Of a stretch of DNA of 32,000 nucleotides, positions 9,721 to 19,354 are shown piece after piece (positions within the stretch are counted from its first letter, which is position 1; every line of letters starts with the position of its first letter). This DNA is from Synechocystis sp. PCC 6803 substr. PCC-P (lineage in GTDB: Bacteria > Cyanobacteriota > Cyanobacteriia > Cyanobacteriales > Microcystaceae). The notes under the pieces are model-generated. The model did not search any database and was not told the origin of the DNA. It worked only from the letters and a program-made list of their open reading frames with translations. The stretch spans positions 2,670,001 to 2,702,000 of the forward strand of contig NC_017039.1 in the NCBI RefSeq assembly GCF_000284455.1. Reading direction: 5' to 3'. Position numbers and translations under genes: made by a program.

Positions 9721-10374
9721 CTATGGGGCACCACGACGAACCTGTTGCCATCGTAGTACTAACCCGAGGTTAATCTGTTTAGTGAACCAATAAAAAACAC
9801 TCAGAATCACCACGGTAACGCTAATAGCCAAGAGGGGACGGTGATGGGAAAGGCTTTGGGCTAAATTTTGCCCCACATCTTTGGGATCAGTGACCACGTG
9901 CCAACTGTTTAACCGCAGAAATCGACCCAGGTAAATACCGATCGCCGACAACAAATGGGCCATTAACTCCATGGGGAAAATCCACGCGGACCATTGCCGT
10001 TGCTCCAGATAATAACCGGCGTTGAGCAAGGACATGACATAGCATTGCCAACCCACATTTAGAAAGAGAAAAAATTGGGGCGTAGCGGTGAAAATCATGA
10101 CGCTAGTCGGTATCCCCTGCCGTACTAACTTGAAGTAGTGGATAATGTCCGTCAAAATGTAAGGGGCATTGGGTAAAAAAGCCACAAACACAGCAAAAAT
10201 TACCCACCACAACGGCGATCGGGGCCATGGTTGGCGCTGGGAATTCTGCCAACGGAATAACCAAACGCTTAGCACCAGGGGAATAATAGCCAAAAAAGTG
10301 TTCCAGGCAATGCGATCGCCATTGATGGCCAATACCTGCCAGGACAACCGTAGCCAGGAAATGATTAGTTCCAT
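9721..10374 (-). CDS. polytopic integral membrane protein, DUF1361-like
   Basis: This is a 217-aa ORF with about 6 hydrophobic segments. The AWNTFLAIIPLVLS motif resembles DUF1361. Its start lies 4 nt after the stop of the upstream response regulator, and the dgt start lies 21 nt after its own stop. Confidence 0.65.
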   Translation of the reverse strand: MELIISWLRLSWQVLAINGDRIAWNTFLAIIPLVLSVWLFRWQNSQRQPWPRSPLWWVIFAVFVAFLPNAPYILTDIIHYFKLVRQGIPTSVMIFTATPQFFLFLNVGWQCYVMSLLNAGYYLEQRQWSAWIFPMELMAHLLSAIGIYLGRFLRLNSWHVVTDPKDVGQNLAQSLSHHRPLLAISVTVVILSVFYWFTKQINLGLVLRWQQVRRGAP

Positions 10375-10378
10375 ACCC

Positions 10379-11053
10379 CTAATCCCTTAGTACGTAGCCC
10401 ACCCCCCGCACTGTCTGAATCAAACGAGGTTCCCCCGCCGCCTCCAACTTCAACCGCAGATAACGGATATAGACCTCAATGATGTTGGAATCCCCCATAA
10501 AGTCGTAGCCCCAGACCCGCTCTAAAATTTGTTCCCTAGTCAACACCTGGCGGGCATGGGAGAGCAGATAGTCCAACAGCTCGAATTCTTTGGCGGTGAG
10601 ATCAATCAGGCGATCGCCCCGTTGGATTTCCCTCGTACTGCGATTGAAACGTAGATCGGCGAATTGCAATACTTCATCGCTGGTGGTGTGGGTGCGGCGC
10701 AATTGCACCCGGATGCGAGCAAAAAATTCATCGGAGTTAAAGGGTTTGACAATGTAGTCATCGGCACCGGCATCTAACCCCATCACCCGTTCTTCCACGT
10801 CGTCCTTGGCGGTGATCAGAATAATGGGAATGCGACTGCCCATTTCCCTTAACCTCCGGCATAGCTCTAAACCGGACATGCCCGGCAGGGCTCCATTCAC
10901 AATGATTAAATCGGGGGGAAATTCCTGGGCTTGGGTAAAGCCCTTTAGGCCATCCCTAGCCACACTGACATCGTAGCCTTCATATTTGAGTTCCAACTCC
11001 ATAAATCGGGCTAACTTTTCTTCCTCTTCCACAACTAGAACACGGTGACTCAT
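10379..11053 (-). CDS. OmpR/PhoB-family response regulator with a non-canonical (Asp-less) receiver domain
   Basis: This is a 224-aa ORF. The winged-helix output is intact (LTAKEFELLDYLL...TVRGVGYVLR). The receiver keeps Thr (ILITAKDD) and Lys (DYIVKPF). However, it has VVEEEE where DD is expected, and PDLIIVNGALPG where the phospho-acceptor Asp is expected. Confidence 0.9.
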   Translation of the reverse strand: MSHRVLVVEEEEKLARFMELELKYEGYDVSVARDGLKGFTQAQEFPPDLIIVNGALPGMSGLELCRRLREMGSRIPIILITAKDDVEERVMGLDAGADDYIVKPFNSDEFFARIRVQLRRTHTTSDEVLQFADLRFNRSTREIQRGDRLIDLTAKEFELLDYLLSHARQVLTREQILERVWGYDFMGDSNIIEVYIRYLRLKLEAAGEPRLIQTVRGVGYVLRD

Positions 11054-11237
11054 GGCAAACTAGGCGATCGCATAGCAAATATGTTCATCCTAAGGCCCCA
11101 TTGCGGCTTTCAACCTGGGTTAAGCCAAGGGGAAGGTCTCAAAACGTTGCAACCTTTCAAAAACATGGCCCAGAAAAAATTTCCCCTGAGGAAGAAGCCA
11201 TGGCAACAGCCAATGAATTTGAATGGGTTTAATCGTT

Positions 11238-11257
11238 TAATTACCTGTAATTACCTG
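11238..11257. repeat. perfect tandem direct repeat 2 x TAATTACCTG
   Basis: I read this directly: 11238-11247 equals 11248-11257. It lies 12 nt beyond the stop of the histidine phosphatase gene and about 185-215 nt upstream of the response regulator start. Confidence 0.9.
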
Positions 11258-11269
11258 GGTGATATTTTC

Positions 11270-11908
11270 TTAAGTGCCGTACCGATCGCGCAAGTCCTGG
11301 TTGAGGTGGGAGCGATCGCCCATGACTTCAATCAGAGGACCATGTTCGGACATGGTGACAATACTCACCGCCGCAACAGGCATACCAATGCGGTCTCGAA
11401 AACGGCCAATGTCAATGCCCAGCAAGCTACAGAGCATAATGCGGATGGTGGACTTGTGGGACACCACCAACACATTCCCCGTGGTAAAAGTTCGTTCAAT
11501 TTCTTCTAGCACCTCCGAGCTACGGCGGGCAATATCAATGCCCTTTTCTCCCCCAGAAGGAGCATTCCAACCTGGATCGGCTAACCAGCGCACATAATCG
11601 TCATGGAATTGTTGATTAACTTCCGCCGGGGTTTTTCCTTCCCATTCCCCATAGGCAATTTCCTTCAGACCATCCCGTTTTTGAATGGGGAGATTAATCA
11701 ATTTACTTAGGGGAGTGGCAGTGGCCATGGTGCGGTGCAGGGGACTGGCAAAAATAGCCGTCCAGCTCACATCCTTGTAGGCTTCGGCAAATTGGTGGGC
11801 CATCTGGTAACCGTGGCTGGTGAGGTCAATGTCCAGGCGGCCACAAAAGGTCCCTGTCTGGCTAGAAGTGGTTTCGCCGTGGCGCAAAAAGTAGAGATTG
11901 AGGGTCAT
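11270..11908 (-). CDS. histidine phosphatase superfamily (phosphoglycerate mutase-like) protein
   Basis: This is a 212-aa ORF. The RHG motif reads LYFLRHGETT and a second catalytic His lies in VVSHKSTIR. Confidence 0.85.
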   Translation of the reverse strand: MTLNLYFLRHGETTSSQTGTFCGRLDIDLTSHGYQMAHQFAEAYKDVSWTAIFASPLHRTMATATPLSKLINLPIQKRDGLKEIAYGEWEGKTPAEVNQQFHDDYVRWLADPGWNAPSGGEKGIDIARRSSEVLEEIERTFTTGNVLVVSHKSTIRIMLCSLLGIDIGRFRDRIGMPVAAVSIVTMSEHGPLIEVMGDRSHLNQDLRDRYGT

Positions 11909-12024
11909 AATGGGCGATTTTCTCGATAGCTTGTGTGGTTTACGGTTAATTGGCTTTAATACTGGCGGTTTTGCTAGCTAGACTAACTGCTTACCAAGGT
12001 TTAGGGTACAGCTTCACCGGGTAG

Positions 12025-12651
12025 TTATGGCTCCACCCGACGCCAAGTACAGTAGGGACAATCGTTTTCCCCCACCGCATTAAATCTCATATATTGCCCA
12101 GGCAAAATATTCTCAAATTTGATTGTTTTGGTTTCACCGTCCTTGGTACATTGGGCTGTGACCACGGTGGCGGTGGCGGAATCCACTTCACAGTCGATGG
12201 TGGTAATAACTTCATTGCTGTCAGCAGCGCTCATTTGCAATTGATTTCCGCTAATTTTCAGGGAAACCATGCCAAACATTAGATTCAGCAGTCCAGATAA
12301 TGCTTCCATGTCTTCCTCTGGCTTATAGTCGGGACTTTCTCTGTGGGCTTCCATGGTTTTTTCATAATCGAATTTCCAGACGCCTTGAAAAGGTTGCAGT
12401 CCATCGCCAGCATCTATAGCGGGAGTGGTACTGGGACTATGGGGGTCACCATTGTCAGCCTTGGGGCCCATGATGGAGGGCAAACTTTCCCAACAACGGG
12501 AATTGCGTTGGGCCAGTGCCCCTATTTCAGCACAATCTAGGGCGATCGCCGGGGAGGATATGACCAGAGTTCCTAGGTAAACACTAGCCAGGGTGGGGAC
12601 TACAGCAGGCCATAGGGCTGGGCTGATGAGGGAAAAATACTGGTTACGCAT
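12025..12651 (-). CDS. secreted hypothetical protein
   Basis: This is a 208-aa ORF with an N-terminal hydrophobic signal-like segment. It contains several Cys and a Pro/Ser/Thr linker. No family was recognised. Confidence 0.6.
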   Translation of the reverse strand: MRNQYFSLISPALWPAVVPTLASVYLGTLVISSPAIALDCAEIGALAQRNSRCWESLPSIMGPKADNGDPHSPSTTPAIDAGDGLQPFQGVWKFDYEKTMEAHRESPDYKPEEDMEALSGLLNLMFGMVSLKISGNQLQMSAADSNEVITTIDCEVDSATATVVTAQCTKDGETKTIKFENILPGQYMRFNAVGENDCPYCTWRRVEP

Positions 12652-12785
12652 GGGGATAAAGGGGGAAAGGGGCGCAATGGCAAAACCGGCTAGGGGAAAG
12701 GGAAGAGAAATGGCGATCGGGAGCCGGAACGGTATGATGATGCCGATGGCTTTTGCCTATGACCTAAACAATCTCCACCCACTTT

Positions 12786-14882
12786 ATGGATGGCCTATTC
12801 GCACCAATTCCGAGTAACCCTTTAATTGACTTCACTATTTTATTATTGGTGACCCTGATCCTGCCGCCCATTTTTGAGCGCTTGAAATTACCAGGACTGG
12901 TGGGACTTTTGTTTGCCGGCATTGTGTTGGGCAAAAGTGGTTTGGGGGTGCTGAATGAAGATTCGGAAAGCATCAAACTCTTCACCGACATCGGCAAAAT
13001 TTACCTGATGTTTGTAGCGGGGCTGGAAATTGACATGGTGGATTTCCGCCGGACCAGGAACCGTTCGCTACTGTATGGTTCCCTCACCTTTGCGGTGCCA
13101 TTGCTGACGGGGTTGGCGGTGGGGTTGACCTTTGGCTATTCCTTCAATGCGTCTGTGTTGCTCGGCTCTCTGTTTGCTTCCCATACTTTGTTGGGTTATC
13201 CCATTGTGCAGCGATTGGGCATAGTCCGAAATCAAGCGGTGATGGTCACCATTGGGGCCACAATTTTCACTGACATTGCCGCTTTATTGGTTTTAGCCAT
13301 TTGTATTTCCATCCACAGTGGCAGTTTTTCCCCAGCGGGTTTGGTGGTGCAATTGGTGGCGATCGCCGTTTACAGTGCCTTGGTTTTAATTGGTTTTGAT
13401 TGGGCGGGACGGGAATATTTTCGTCGCACCGGGGATGAACAGAGTAACCAATTTCTCTTTGTGTTGCTGGCGGTGTTCCTCGCTTCAGTGGGGTCAGAGT
13501 TAATCAATGTGGACAAAATTGTCGGCGCATTTCTGGCGGGGCTAGCGGTAAATGATGTGCTGGGCAACAGCCCCGTAAAGGAAAAGGTGGAATTCCTAGG
13601 AACTACCCTATTTATTCCATTCTTCTTCATTGGCATTGGGCTGCTGTTGGATCTGCCGGCTTTTTTGGTGACTTTGACCACTCTATTCCCTTTGGTGGTG
13701 GCCATTGTGGTGGGGTTAATTCTCTCCAAAGGGGTGGCGGCGATTTTAGCCCAATGGAAACTAGGTTATACCTGGGTGGAGGGTTTAACCATGTGGTCCC
13801 TCTCCATTCCCCAGGTGGCGGCTACATTGGCGGCAGCGGTGGCCGGATACCAAGCAGTTAATGCCGCTGGCGATCGCCTGGTGTCGGAGACGGTGTTAAA
13901 CACCATCATTGTTTTAATGCTGATTACGTCTATCGTTGGCCCGTTGATGACGGCTAAATTTGCCCCCAAAATTCCGATTCCCAATACTCTGTCCAGTTTG
14001 ACAGAAGATTTAGACGACCCCGAGGAAAATGGGGCCGTAACCCTAATCCCCCCCAAGGCTTCTACCTTCACCGTATTGGTGCCCACCCAAAATCCCCAAA
14101 CCTTGAGCTATTTGTTGGAAATGGGAGCCCTGATCGCCCGCCATGAAAGTGGGGTGGTGATTCCCCTGGCGATCGCCAAAGCGCCGGTGCACATGGATGA
14201 TCCTGGGTTAACCAGCCGGTTAGCTAGAAATGAGCTGTTACTGCAACAGGCTACGGAACTGGCCACCAATCTGAAAGTCGATGCCCACCCAGCCCTCCGC
14301 ATTGATGATGATGTGGCCCGGGCCATTAGCCATACTGCCAGGGAAAAAAATGCGGACTTAATCATCATGGGTTGGAGTCAACAAACCCTTGGTTTACGGG
14401 CTAAATTATTCGGTAGCACCATTGACAGTGTGTTCTGGTCGGCCCATTGTCCCGTGGCGGTGATGCGGTTATTGTCTGACCCCCGTTCTTTCCATCGCAT
14501 TCTCTTCCCCATCAAAAATCTCACCCCCCAAACGTTGGAGTTATTCCAGTTCACCCAGCGCTTAGCGGAAACCAACGGAGCCATTGTTACCCTGCTCCAT
14601 GTTTGTCCCCACAACACCTCCCCACAACAGGTGCAAGCGTTTAAAACGGAAATGGAACGGTTTCTAAACCAATGTCGGGCCACGGCGGACTATCCCATTA
14701 AAGTCATTTGCCATGACGATGCCGCTAAGGTGCTTGTGCGGGTCTCCCACACCTTTGACCTGGTGGTGCTCCGTTCTTTCCGCCGGCGATCGGTGGGGGG
14801 AGTGGCCCTGGGGGAAGTGACCGATAAAATTTTGCGGGAAATTACCAGTTCCTTCGTCTTGTTTGGCGATCCCTACGCCTAG
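12786..14882 (+). CDS. nhaS5: CPA2-family Na+(K+)/H+ antiporter with a C-terminal tandem USP-like region
   Basis: This is a 698-aa ORF. The first ~400 residues are polytopic with Kef/NapA-like sequence, followed by a soluble ~280-aa tail. The symbol comes from memory of the Synechocystis gene next to gyrA and is unverified. Confidence 0.8.
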   Translation: MDGLFAPIPSNPLIDFTILLLVTLILPPIFERLKLPGLVGLLFAGIVLGKSGLGVLNEDSESIKLFTDIGKIYLMFVAGLEIDMVDFRRTRNRSLLYGSLTFAVPLLTGLAVGLTFGYSFNASVLLGSLFASHTLLGYPIVQRLGIVRNQAVMVTIGATIFTDIAALLVLAICISIHSGSFSPAGLVVQLVAIAVYSALVLIGFDWAGREYFRRTGDEQSNQFLFVLLAVFLASVGSELINVDKIVGAFLAGLAVNDVLGNSPVKEKVEFLGTTLFIPFFFIGIGLLLDLPAFLVTLTTLFPLVVAIVVGLILSKGVAAILAQWKLGYTWVEGLTMWSLSIPQVAATLAAAVAGYQAVNAAGDRLVSETVLNTIIVLMLITSIVGPLMTAKFAPKIPIPNTLSSLTEDLDDPEENGAVTLIPPKASTFTVLVPTQNPQTLSYLLEMGALIARHESGVVIPLAIAKAPVHMDDPGLTSRLARNELLLQQATELATNLKVDAHPALRIDDDVARAISHTAREKNADLIIMGWSQQTLGLRAKLFGSTIDSVFWSAHCPVAVMRLLSDPRSFHRILFPIKNLTPQTLELFQFTQRLAETNGAIVTLLHVCPHNTSPQQVQAFKTEMERFLNQCRATADYPIKVICHDDAAKVLVRVSHTFDLVVLRSFRRRSVGGVALGEVTDKILREITSSFVLFGDPYA

Positions 14883-14935
14883 CCTGCGTTATTTGTTGGT
14901 CTAAATTCAGATAGTTAGTTTATGGGAGAAAAGCA

Positions 14936-15376
14936 ATGGAAGAATTGTTAGAACTGAAAACGTTATTGTCCCAAGGGAATGTTTCTGATGCTCTGGTGTT
15001 GGTGGAGGAAATGACGGAAATGAGTAGGGACGATAAGATTAATAAAATTAGTAGTTATGCCAAGATACTTCTACTACATTTGATTAAACGACAGGCGGAA
15101 AAACGCAGTACCCGCTCGTGGGATTTATCGATCGCCAATTCAGTGGACGAAATCCAAAAAACTAATCGACGGCGCAAAGCAGGGGGCACCTATTTATCTT
15201 CAGAAGAGTTGAGGGAAGCCTTAACTGATGCCTATCGAATTGCCCTGGCCGGGGCGGCGGCGGAAGCTTTTGAAGGTCGCTATTCCAGTGAAGAATTGGC
15301 TAAAATGGTCGATTACAGTGCCCTAATCAATGATGCTTTAGATTTAATTACATCGACTTTACCTGACAAAAACTAG
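14936..15376 (+). CDS. helical hypothetical protein (possibly DUF29-like)
   Basis: This is a 146-aa ORF preceded by GGGAGAAAAGCA. The stretch LLLHLIKRQAEKRSTRSWDLSI resembles DUF29 proteins. The family call is weak. Confidence 0.55.
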   Translation: MEELLELKTLLSQGNVSDALVLVEEMTEMSRDDKINKISSYAKILLLHLIKRQAEKRSTRSWDLSIANSVDEIQKTNRRRKAGGTYLSSEELREALTDAYRIALAGAAAEAFEGRYSSEELAKMVDYSALINDALDLITSTLPDKN

Positions 15377-15682
15377 GTTTTATTTGTGTTGATCGCCATT
15401 TGACTTCCAACAACCAAAATCAGATAAGGGTGGTAATTATTTAATTGATTCACCATGGCGATCGCCAAGTTTTTTTCCCATAAGAGATAATTTTTCAGAA
15501 TTTGTTTGCAGAGTTTTATTCTGTCCTCTAAAACGACCCACGGAAGCTCGGGCAATACTAGGTAAATTTCAGGCGGTTTCCCCTTAACGTTGAGGAGGGG
15601 ACTTTTCAAACAAACTTTAGAGTGAAAATTGAGGAGCAATCGGAGAGGGCATTAGGGCTGTGGAGGCTCCCACCCTGGCCAA

Positions 15683-15691
15683 TGGTAGAAT
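15683..15691 (+). promoter_or_regulatory. candidate extended -10 element (TGGTAGAAT) for gyrA
   Basis: The TGn-TAGAAT sequence lies about 90 nt upstream of the gyrA ATG. No clear -35 element is present. Confidence 0.35.
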
Positions 15692-15778
15692 AGAGGCTGT
15701 TTTGAGCCCTGTTATCTGTTCCCCTTGGGGGGAATTGGAGCCCAACTCAAACCTTTCAAACTGCCTTGGAGTAATTGC

Positions 15779-18361
15779 ATGACTGACTCGCCCGATCGCC
15801 TGATTGCGACTGACCTCAGAAACGAAATGTCACAGTCATACCTGGAATATGCCATGAGTGTGATTGTTGGGCGGGCGTTACCCGATGCACGGGATGGGTT
15901 GAAGCCAGTCCATCGGCGCATTCTCTATGCCATGTACGAGCTGGGGCTGACCCCCGATCGCCCCTTTCGGAAATGTGCCCGGGTGGTGGGGGAAGTGCTG
16001 GGGAAATATCATCCCCACGGTGATACGGCGGTGTACGATGCCTTGGTGCGCATGGCCCAGGACTTTTCCATGCGGGAACCGCTTATTGACGGCCACGGGA
16101 ACTTTGGCTCCGTGGATAATGATCCCCCGGCGGCGATGCGGTACACGGAATCTCGCCTTAGACCCCTTTCCACCAACTCGTTATTGCGGGACATTGAGGC
16201 GGAAACCGTAGATTTCATTGATAACTTTGACGGTTCCCAACAGGAACCCACCGTTCTCCCGGCCCGCATTCCCCAACTATTGATTAACGGTTCCTCCGGC
16301 ATTGCCGTGGGCATGGCCACCAATATCCCCCCCCATAACCTCGGGGAAGTGATCGACGGAGCGATCGCCTTAATTCGTAACCCCGAAATCACCGAACAGG
16401 AATTAATGCAGATTATTCCCGGCCCGGACTTTCCCACCGGGGCCCAGATCCTCGGGCGATCGGGCATTCGGGAAGCCTATTTAACCGGCCGGGGCTCCAT
16501 CACCATGCGGGGGGTGGCCTCCATTGAAACCATGGAACATCCTGGGCGGCCTGACCGGGATGCCATTATCGTCACCGAGCTACCCTACCAAACCAATAAA
16601 GCCGCTTTAATTGAACGCATTGCGGATCTGGTTAACGATAAAAAAATTGACGGCATTGCCGACATCCGGGACGAGAGCGATCGAGATGGTATGCGCATTG
16701 TCATTGAACTGAAGCGGGATGCCTACGCTCGGGTGGTGCTCAATAATCTTTACAAACAAACTCCCATCCAGAGTAACTTTGGGGCGAATTTGTTGGCGCT
16801 GGTTAACGGCACTCCTGAAGTTCTCACCATTAAAAAATTCCTCACTGTCTTTTGGGAATTTCGCATTGAAACCATTACCCGCCGTACCCGCTACGAATTG
16901 CGGAAAGCGGAAGAACGGGATCATCTGCTCCAGGGATTGTTGATTGCGCTGGATAACCTGGATGCGGTCATTCGTCTGATTCGGGGAGCGGCGGACACGG
17001 CCTCTGCCAAAACGGAACTGGTGGAAGGCTTTTCCCTCTCCGAAGTGCAGGCCGATGCCATTTTGCAAATGCAACTGCGCCGGTTAACGGCTTTGGAAGC
17101 GGATAAAATCACCGCTGAACATGATGAACTGCAAACCAAAATCGCCGATTTCCAAGATATTTTGGCCCGCCGGGAAAGGGTTAATGCCATCATCGAAGAA
17201 GAATTGGAGCAAATTAAGGCTATTCACGCCACTCCCCGCCGCACCGTCATTGTCCAAGAAGATGGGGAATTAATTGACACGGATTTAATTGCCAATGACC
17301 AAGCCCTAATTTTATTGACGGAACAGGGTTACATCAAACGGATGCCCGCCAGCACCTTTGGTACCCAAAACCGTGCCACCAGAGGTAAAGCCGCCGCCAA
17401 GATTAAAGATGACGATGGAGTGGAGCATTTCCTTTCCTGCTGTGACCACGATAAAGTGCTGTTCTTTAGCGATCGGGGGGTGGTCTATAGCCTCAACGCT
17501 TACCAAATTCCCATTGCTTCCCGCACGGCCCGGGGGGTGCCCATTGTGCAGATGTTGCCCATCCCCAAGGATGAAAAAATTACCTCCCTAGTGTCTGTTT
17601 CAGAATTTGACGATGATACCTATTTCATCATGCTGACCAAACAGGGCTACATCAAAAAAACTGCCCTCTCGGCTTTTAGTAATATCCGGGCCAATGGGTT
17701 AATCGCCATTTCCTTGGTGGAAGGGGATCAATTGCGTTGGGTTCGTTTAGCCAAAGCGGAAGATAGCGTCATTATCGGTTCCCAAAAGGGTATGGCTATC
17801 CATTTCAAAGCGGATCAGGATGAACTGCGGGCCCTCGGTCGGGCCACCAGGGGGGTTAAATCCATGCGGCTCCGGTCTGGGGATGCGCTGATCAGTATGG
17901 ATATTTTGCCGAGCCAGGTGGTGGCCAATATTGCCGTTGGTTCCGAAGATGAGCCGGATGAGGACTTAGGGGGCGATACCGATGCCATTTTGGAAGAAAG
18001 CGACAATCCTGGCCCCTGGTTGCTGGGGGTAACCATGAAGGGTTTCGGCAAACGGGTGCCCATTGGTCAATTCCGCTTGCAACATCGGGCCGGCCTGGGA
18101 GTGAAAGCGATCCGCTTTAAATCCAAAGATGACCAGCTAGTGGCCCTCCATGTGGTCAACGCCGATGACGAGTTGATGATTGTCACCAACCGGGGCATTA
18201 TTATCCGCCAGTCCGTGAACGATATTTCCCCCCAATCCCGTAGTGCCACTGGGGTGCGGGTACAAAGGTTAGATGCCGATGATGCGATCGCCGCTGTGGC
18301 CCTAGTGCCTCCTTCTGGGGAAGAAGAATTGGCAGAAATGTCGGAAAGCGAAGAGAGCTGA
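15779..18361 (+). CDS. gyrA: DNA gyrase subunit A
   Basis: The track ORF starts at 15725, but I prefer ATG 15779 ([47 protein letters not shown]). The active-site region AAMRYTE is present, followed by beta-pinwheel CTD repeats and an acidic tail. Confidence 0.95.
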   Translation: MTDSPDRLIATDLRNEMSQSYLEYAMSVIVGRALPDARDGLKPVHRRILYAMYELGLTPDRPFRKCARVVGEVLGKYHPHGDTAVYDALVRMAQDFSMREPLIDGHGNFGSVDNDPPAAMRYTESRLRPLSTNSLLRDIEAETVDFIDNFDGSQQEPTVLPARIPQLLINGSSGIAVGMATNIPPHNLGEVIDGAIALIRNPEITEQELMQIIPGPDFPTGAQILGRSGIREAYLTGRGSITMRGVASIETMEHPGRPDRDAIIVTELPYQTNKAALIERIADLVNDKKIDGIADIRDESDRDGMRIVIELKRDAYARVVLNNLYKQTPIQSNFGANLLALVNGTPEVLTIKKFLTVFWEFRIETITRRTRYELRKAEERDHLLQGLLIALDNLDAVIRLIRGAADTASAKTELVEGFSLSEVQADAILQMQLRRLTALEADKITAEHDELQTKIADFQDILARRERVNAIIEEELEQIKAIHATPRRTVIVQEDGELIDTDLIANDQALILLTEQGYIKRMPASTFGTQNRATRGKAAAKIKDDDGVEHFLSCCDHDKVLFFSDRGVVYSLNAYQIPIASRTARGVPIVQMLPIPKDEKITSLVSVSEFDDDTYFIMLTKQGYIKKTALSAFSNIRANGLIAISLVEGDQLRWVRLAKAEDSVIIGSQKGMAIHFKADQDELRALGRATRGVKSMRLRSGDALISMDILPSQVVANIAVGSEDEPDEDLGGDTDAILEESDNPGPWLLGVTMKGFGKRVPIGQFRLQHRAGLGVKAIRFKSKDDQLVALHVVNADDELMIVTNRGIIIRQSVNDISPQSRSATGVRVQRLDADDAIAAVALVPPSGEEELAEMSESEES

Positions 18362-19272
18362 TGGCCCCCCAACCTACCGCAACCACTACCCTGGCCGTTG
18401 TGGGGGATATCCATGAACAATGGGAATTGGCGGACCACCAAGCTCTCCAGGCGATCGGCGTAGACTTGGCACTATTTGTGGGGGATTTTGGCAACGAATC
18501 ATTGCCGGTGGTCAGCTTGATTGCCTCCTTACCCATTCCCAAGGCAACGGTATTTGGTAACCACGATGCTTGGTTCACCGCCTCCGATTGGGGGCGCAAA
18601 AAGTGCCCCTACGATCGCCAAAAAGAAGACCGGGTGAAAGCTCAGCAGGAACTCCTGGGGTTGGCAGATGTTAGCTATGGCCGCCGGGATTTTCAGCAAT
18701 TTAGCCTCTCGGTGGTGGGGGGCAGGCCTTTTACCTGGGGGGGCAATGAATGGAAGAATAAACAGTTTATGCGGGAACGATATGGCATGGAAAGTTTTGC
18801 CCAGTCCCAAACCCACATTGCCGCAACGGCCCTGGCTAGCCCCCATGAAACGTTAATTTTTCTGGCCCACAATGGTCCCACCGGCTTAGGAAATCATGCC
18901 GAATCCATCTGTGGTCGGGATTGGAATCCCATCGGCGGCGATTTTGGCGATCCGGATCTGGCCTGGGCGATCGCCTCTGTGCGGGAGCAGGGTAAACAGG
19001 TACCATTGGTGACCTTCGGCCATATGCACCATCGCCTTAGACATCGTCAGGATCGTCTGCGGGAGAGGGTTTATGTGGATCATCAAGGAACGGTATATCT
19101 GAATGCGGCCTGTGTACCCCGCATCCAAACGGAAAAAGACGGTTTGCCCGCTGCCCGTAATTTTTCCCTGGTGACTTTGGTGAATGGCACTGTGGAAAAA
19201 ATCACCCTGGTGTGGTTACGGAATAACGGAGAAATTATCAGCCAGGAAACCCTTTGGATTAGTGCCCATTAA
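18361..19272 (+). CDS. calcineurin-like metallophosphoesterase (DevT-like)
   Basis: This is a 303-aa ORF. Motifs are AVVGDIHEQW, FVGDFGNE, GNHD and FGHMHH. Its ATG overlaps the gyrA TGA (cTGATGg). Confidence 0.85.
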   Translation: MAPQPTATTTLAVVGDIHEQWELADHQALQAIGVDLALFVGDFGNESLPVVSLIASLPIPKATVFGNHDAWFTASDWGRKKCPYDRQKEDRVKAQQELLGLADVSYGRRDFQQFSLSVVGGRPFTWGGNEWKNKQFMRERYGMESFAQSQTHIAATALASPHETLIFLAHNGPTGLGNHAESICGRDWNPIGGDFGDPDLAWAIASVREQGKQVPLVTFGHMHHRLRHRQDRLRERVYVDHQGTVYLNAACVPRIQTEKDGLPAARNFSLVTLVNGTVEKITLVWLRNNGEIISQETLWISAH

Positions 19273-19354
19273 CTTCTCTCGACCCGGTCTATCTGATTAT
19301 GCAGGAATTCTAGGAAGCCGGAGCTGAGCTTTCCCCACAGTTTGCTGATCGCCT

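Noticed and set aside
11045-11597. Plus-strand ORFs 11045..11509 (154 aa) and 11274..11597
   Set aside because: They start in the spacer and run antisense through the histidine phosphatase gene. No motifs or SD were found.
15373-15639. 88-aa minus-strand ORF between the DUF29-like gene and gyrA
   Set aside because: It needs a TTG start and has no SD or recognisable motif. It overlaps the neighbouring stop codon at a CTAG. It could be real, but I cannot support it.
15975-18599. Numerous ORFs inside or antisense to gyrA and the phosphoesterase gene (for example 16009..16467, 16607..17074, 18067..18441 and 18201..18599)
   Set aside because: These are shadow ORFs of high-GC coding sequence. The sense-frame genes have unambiguous motifs.
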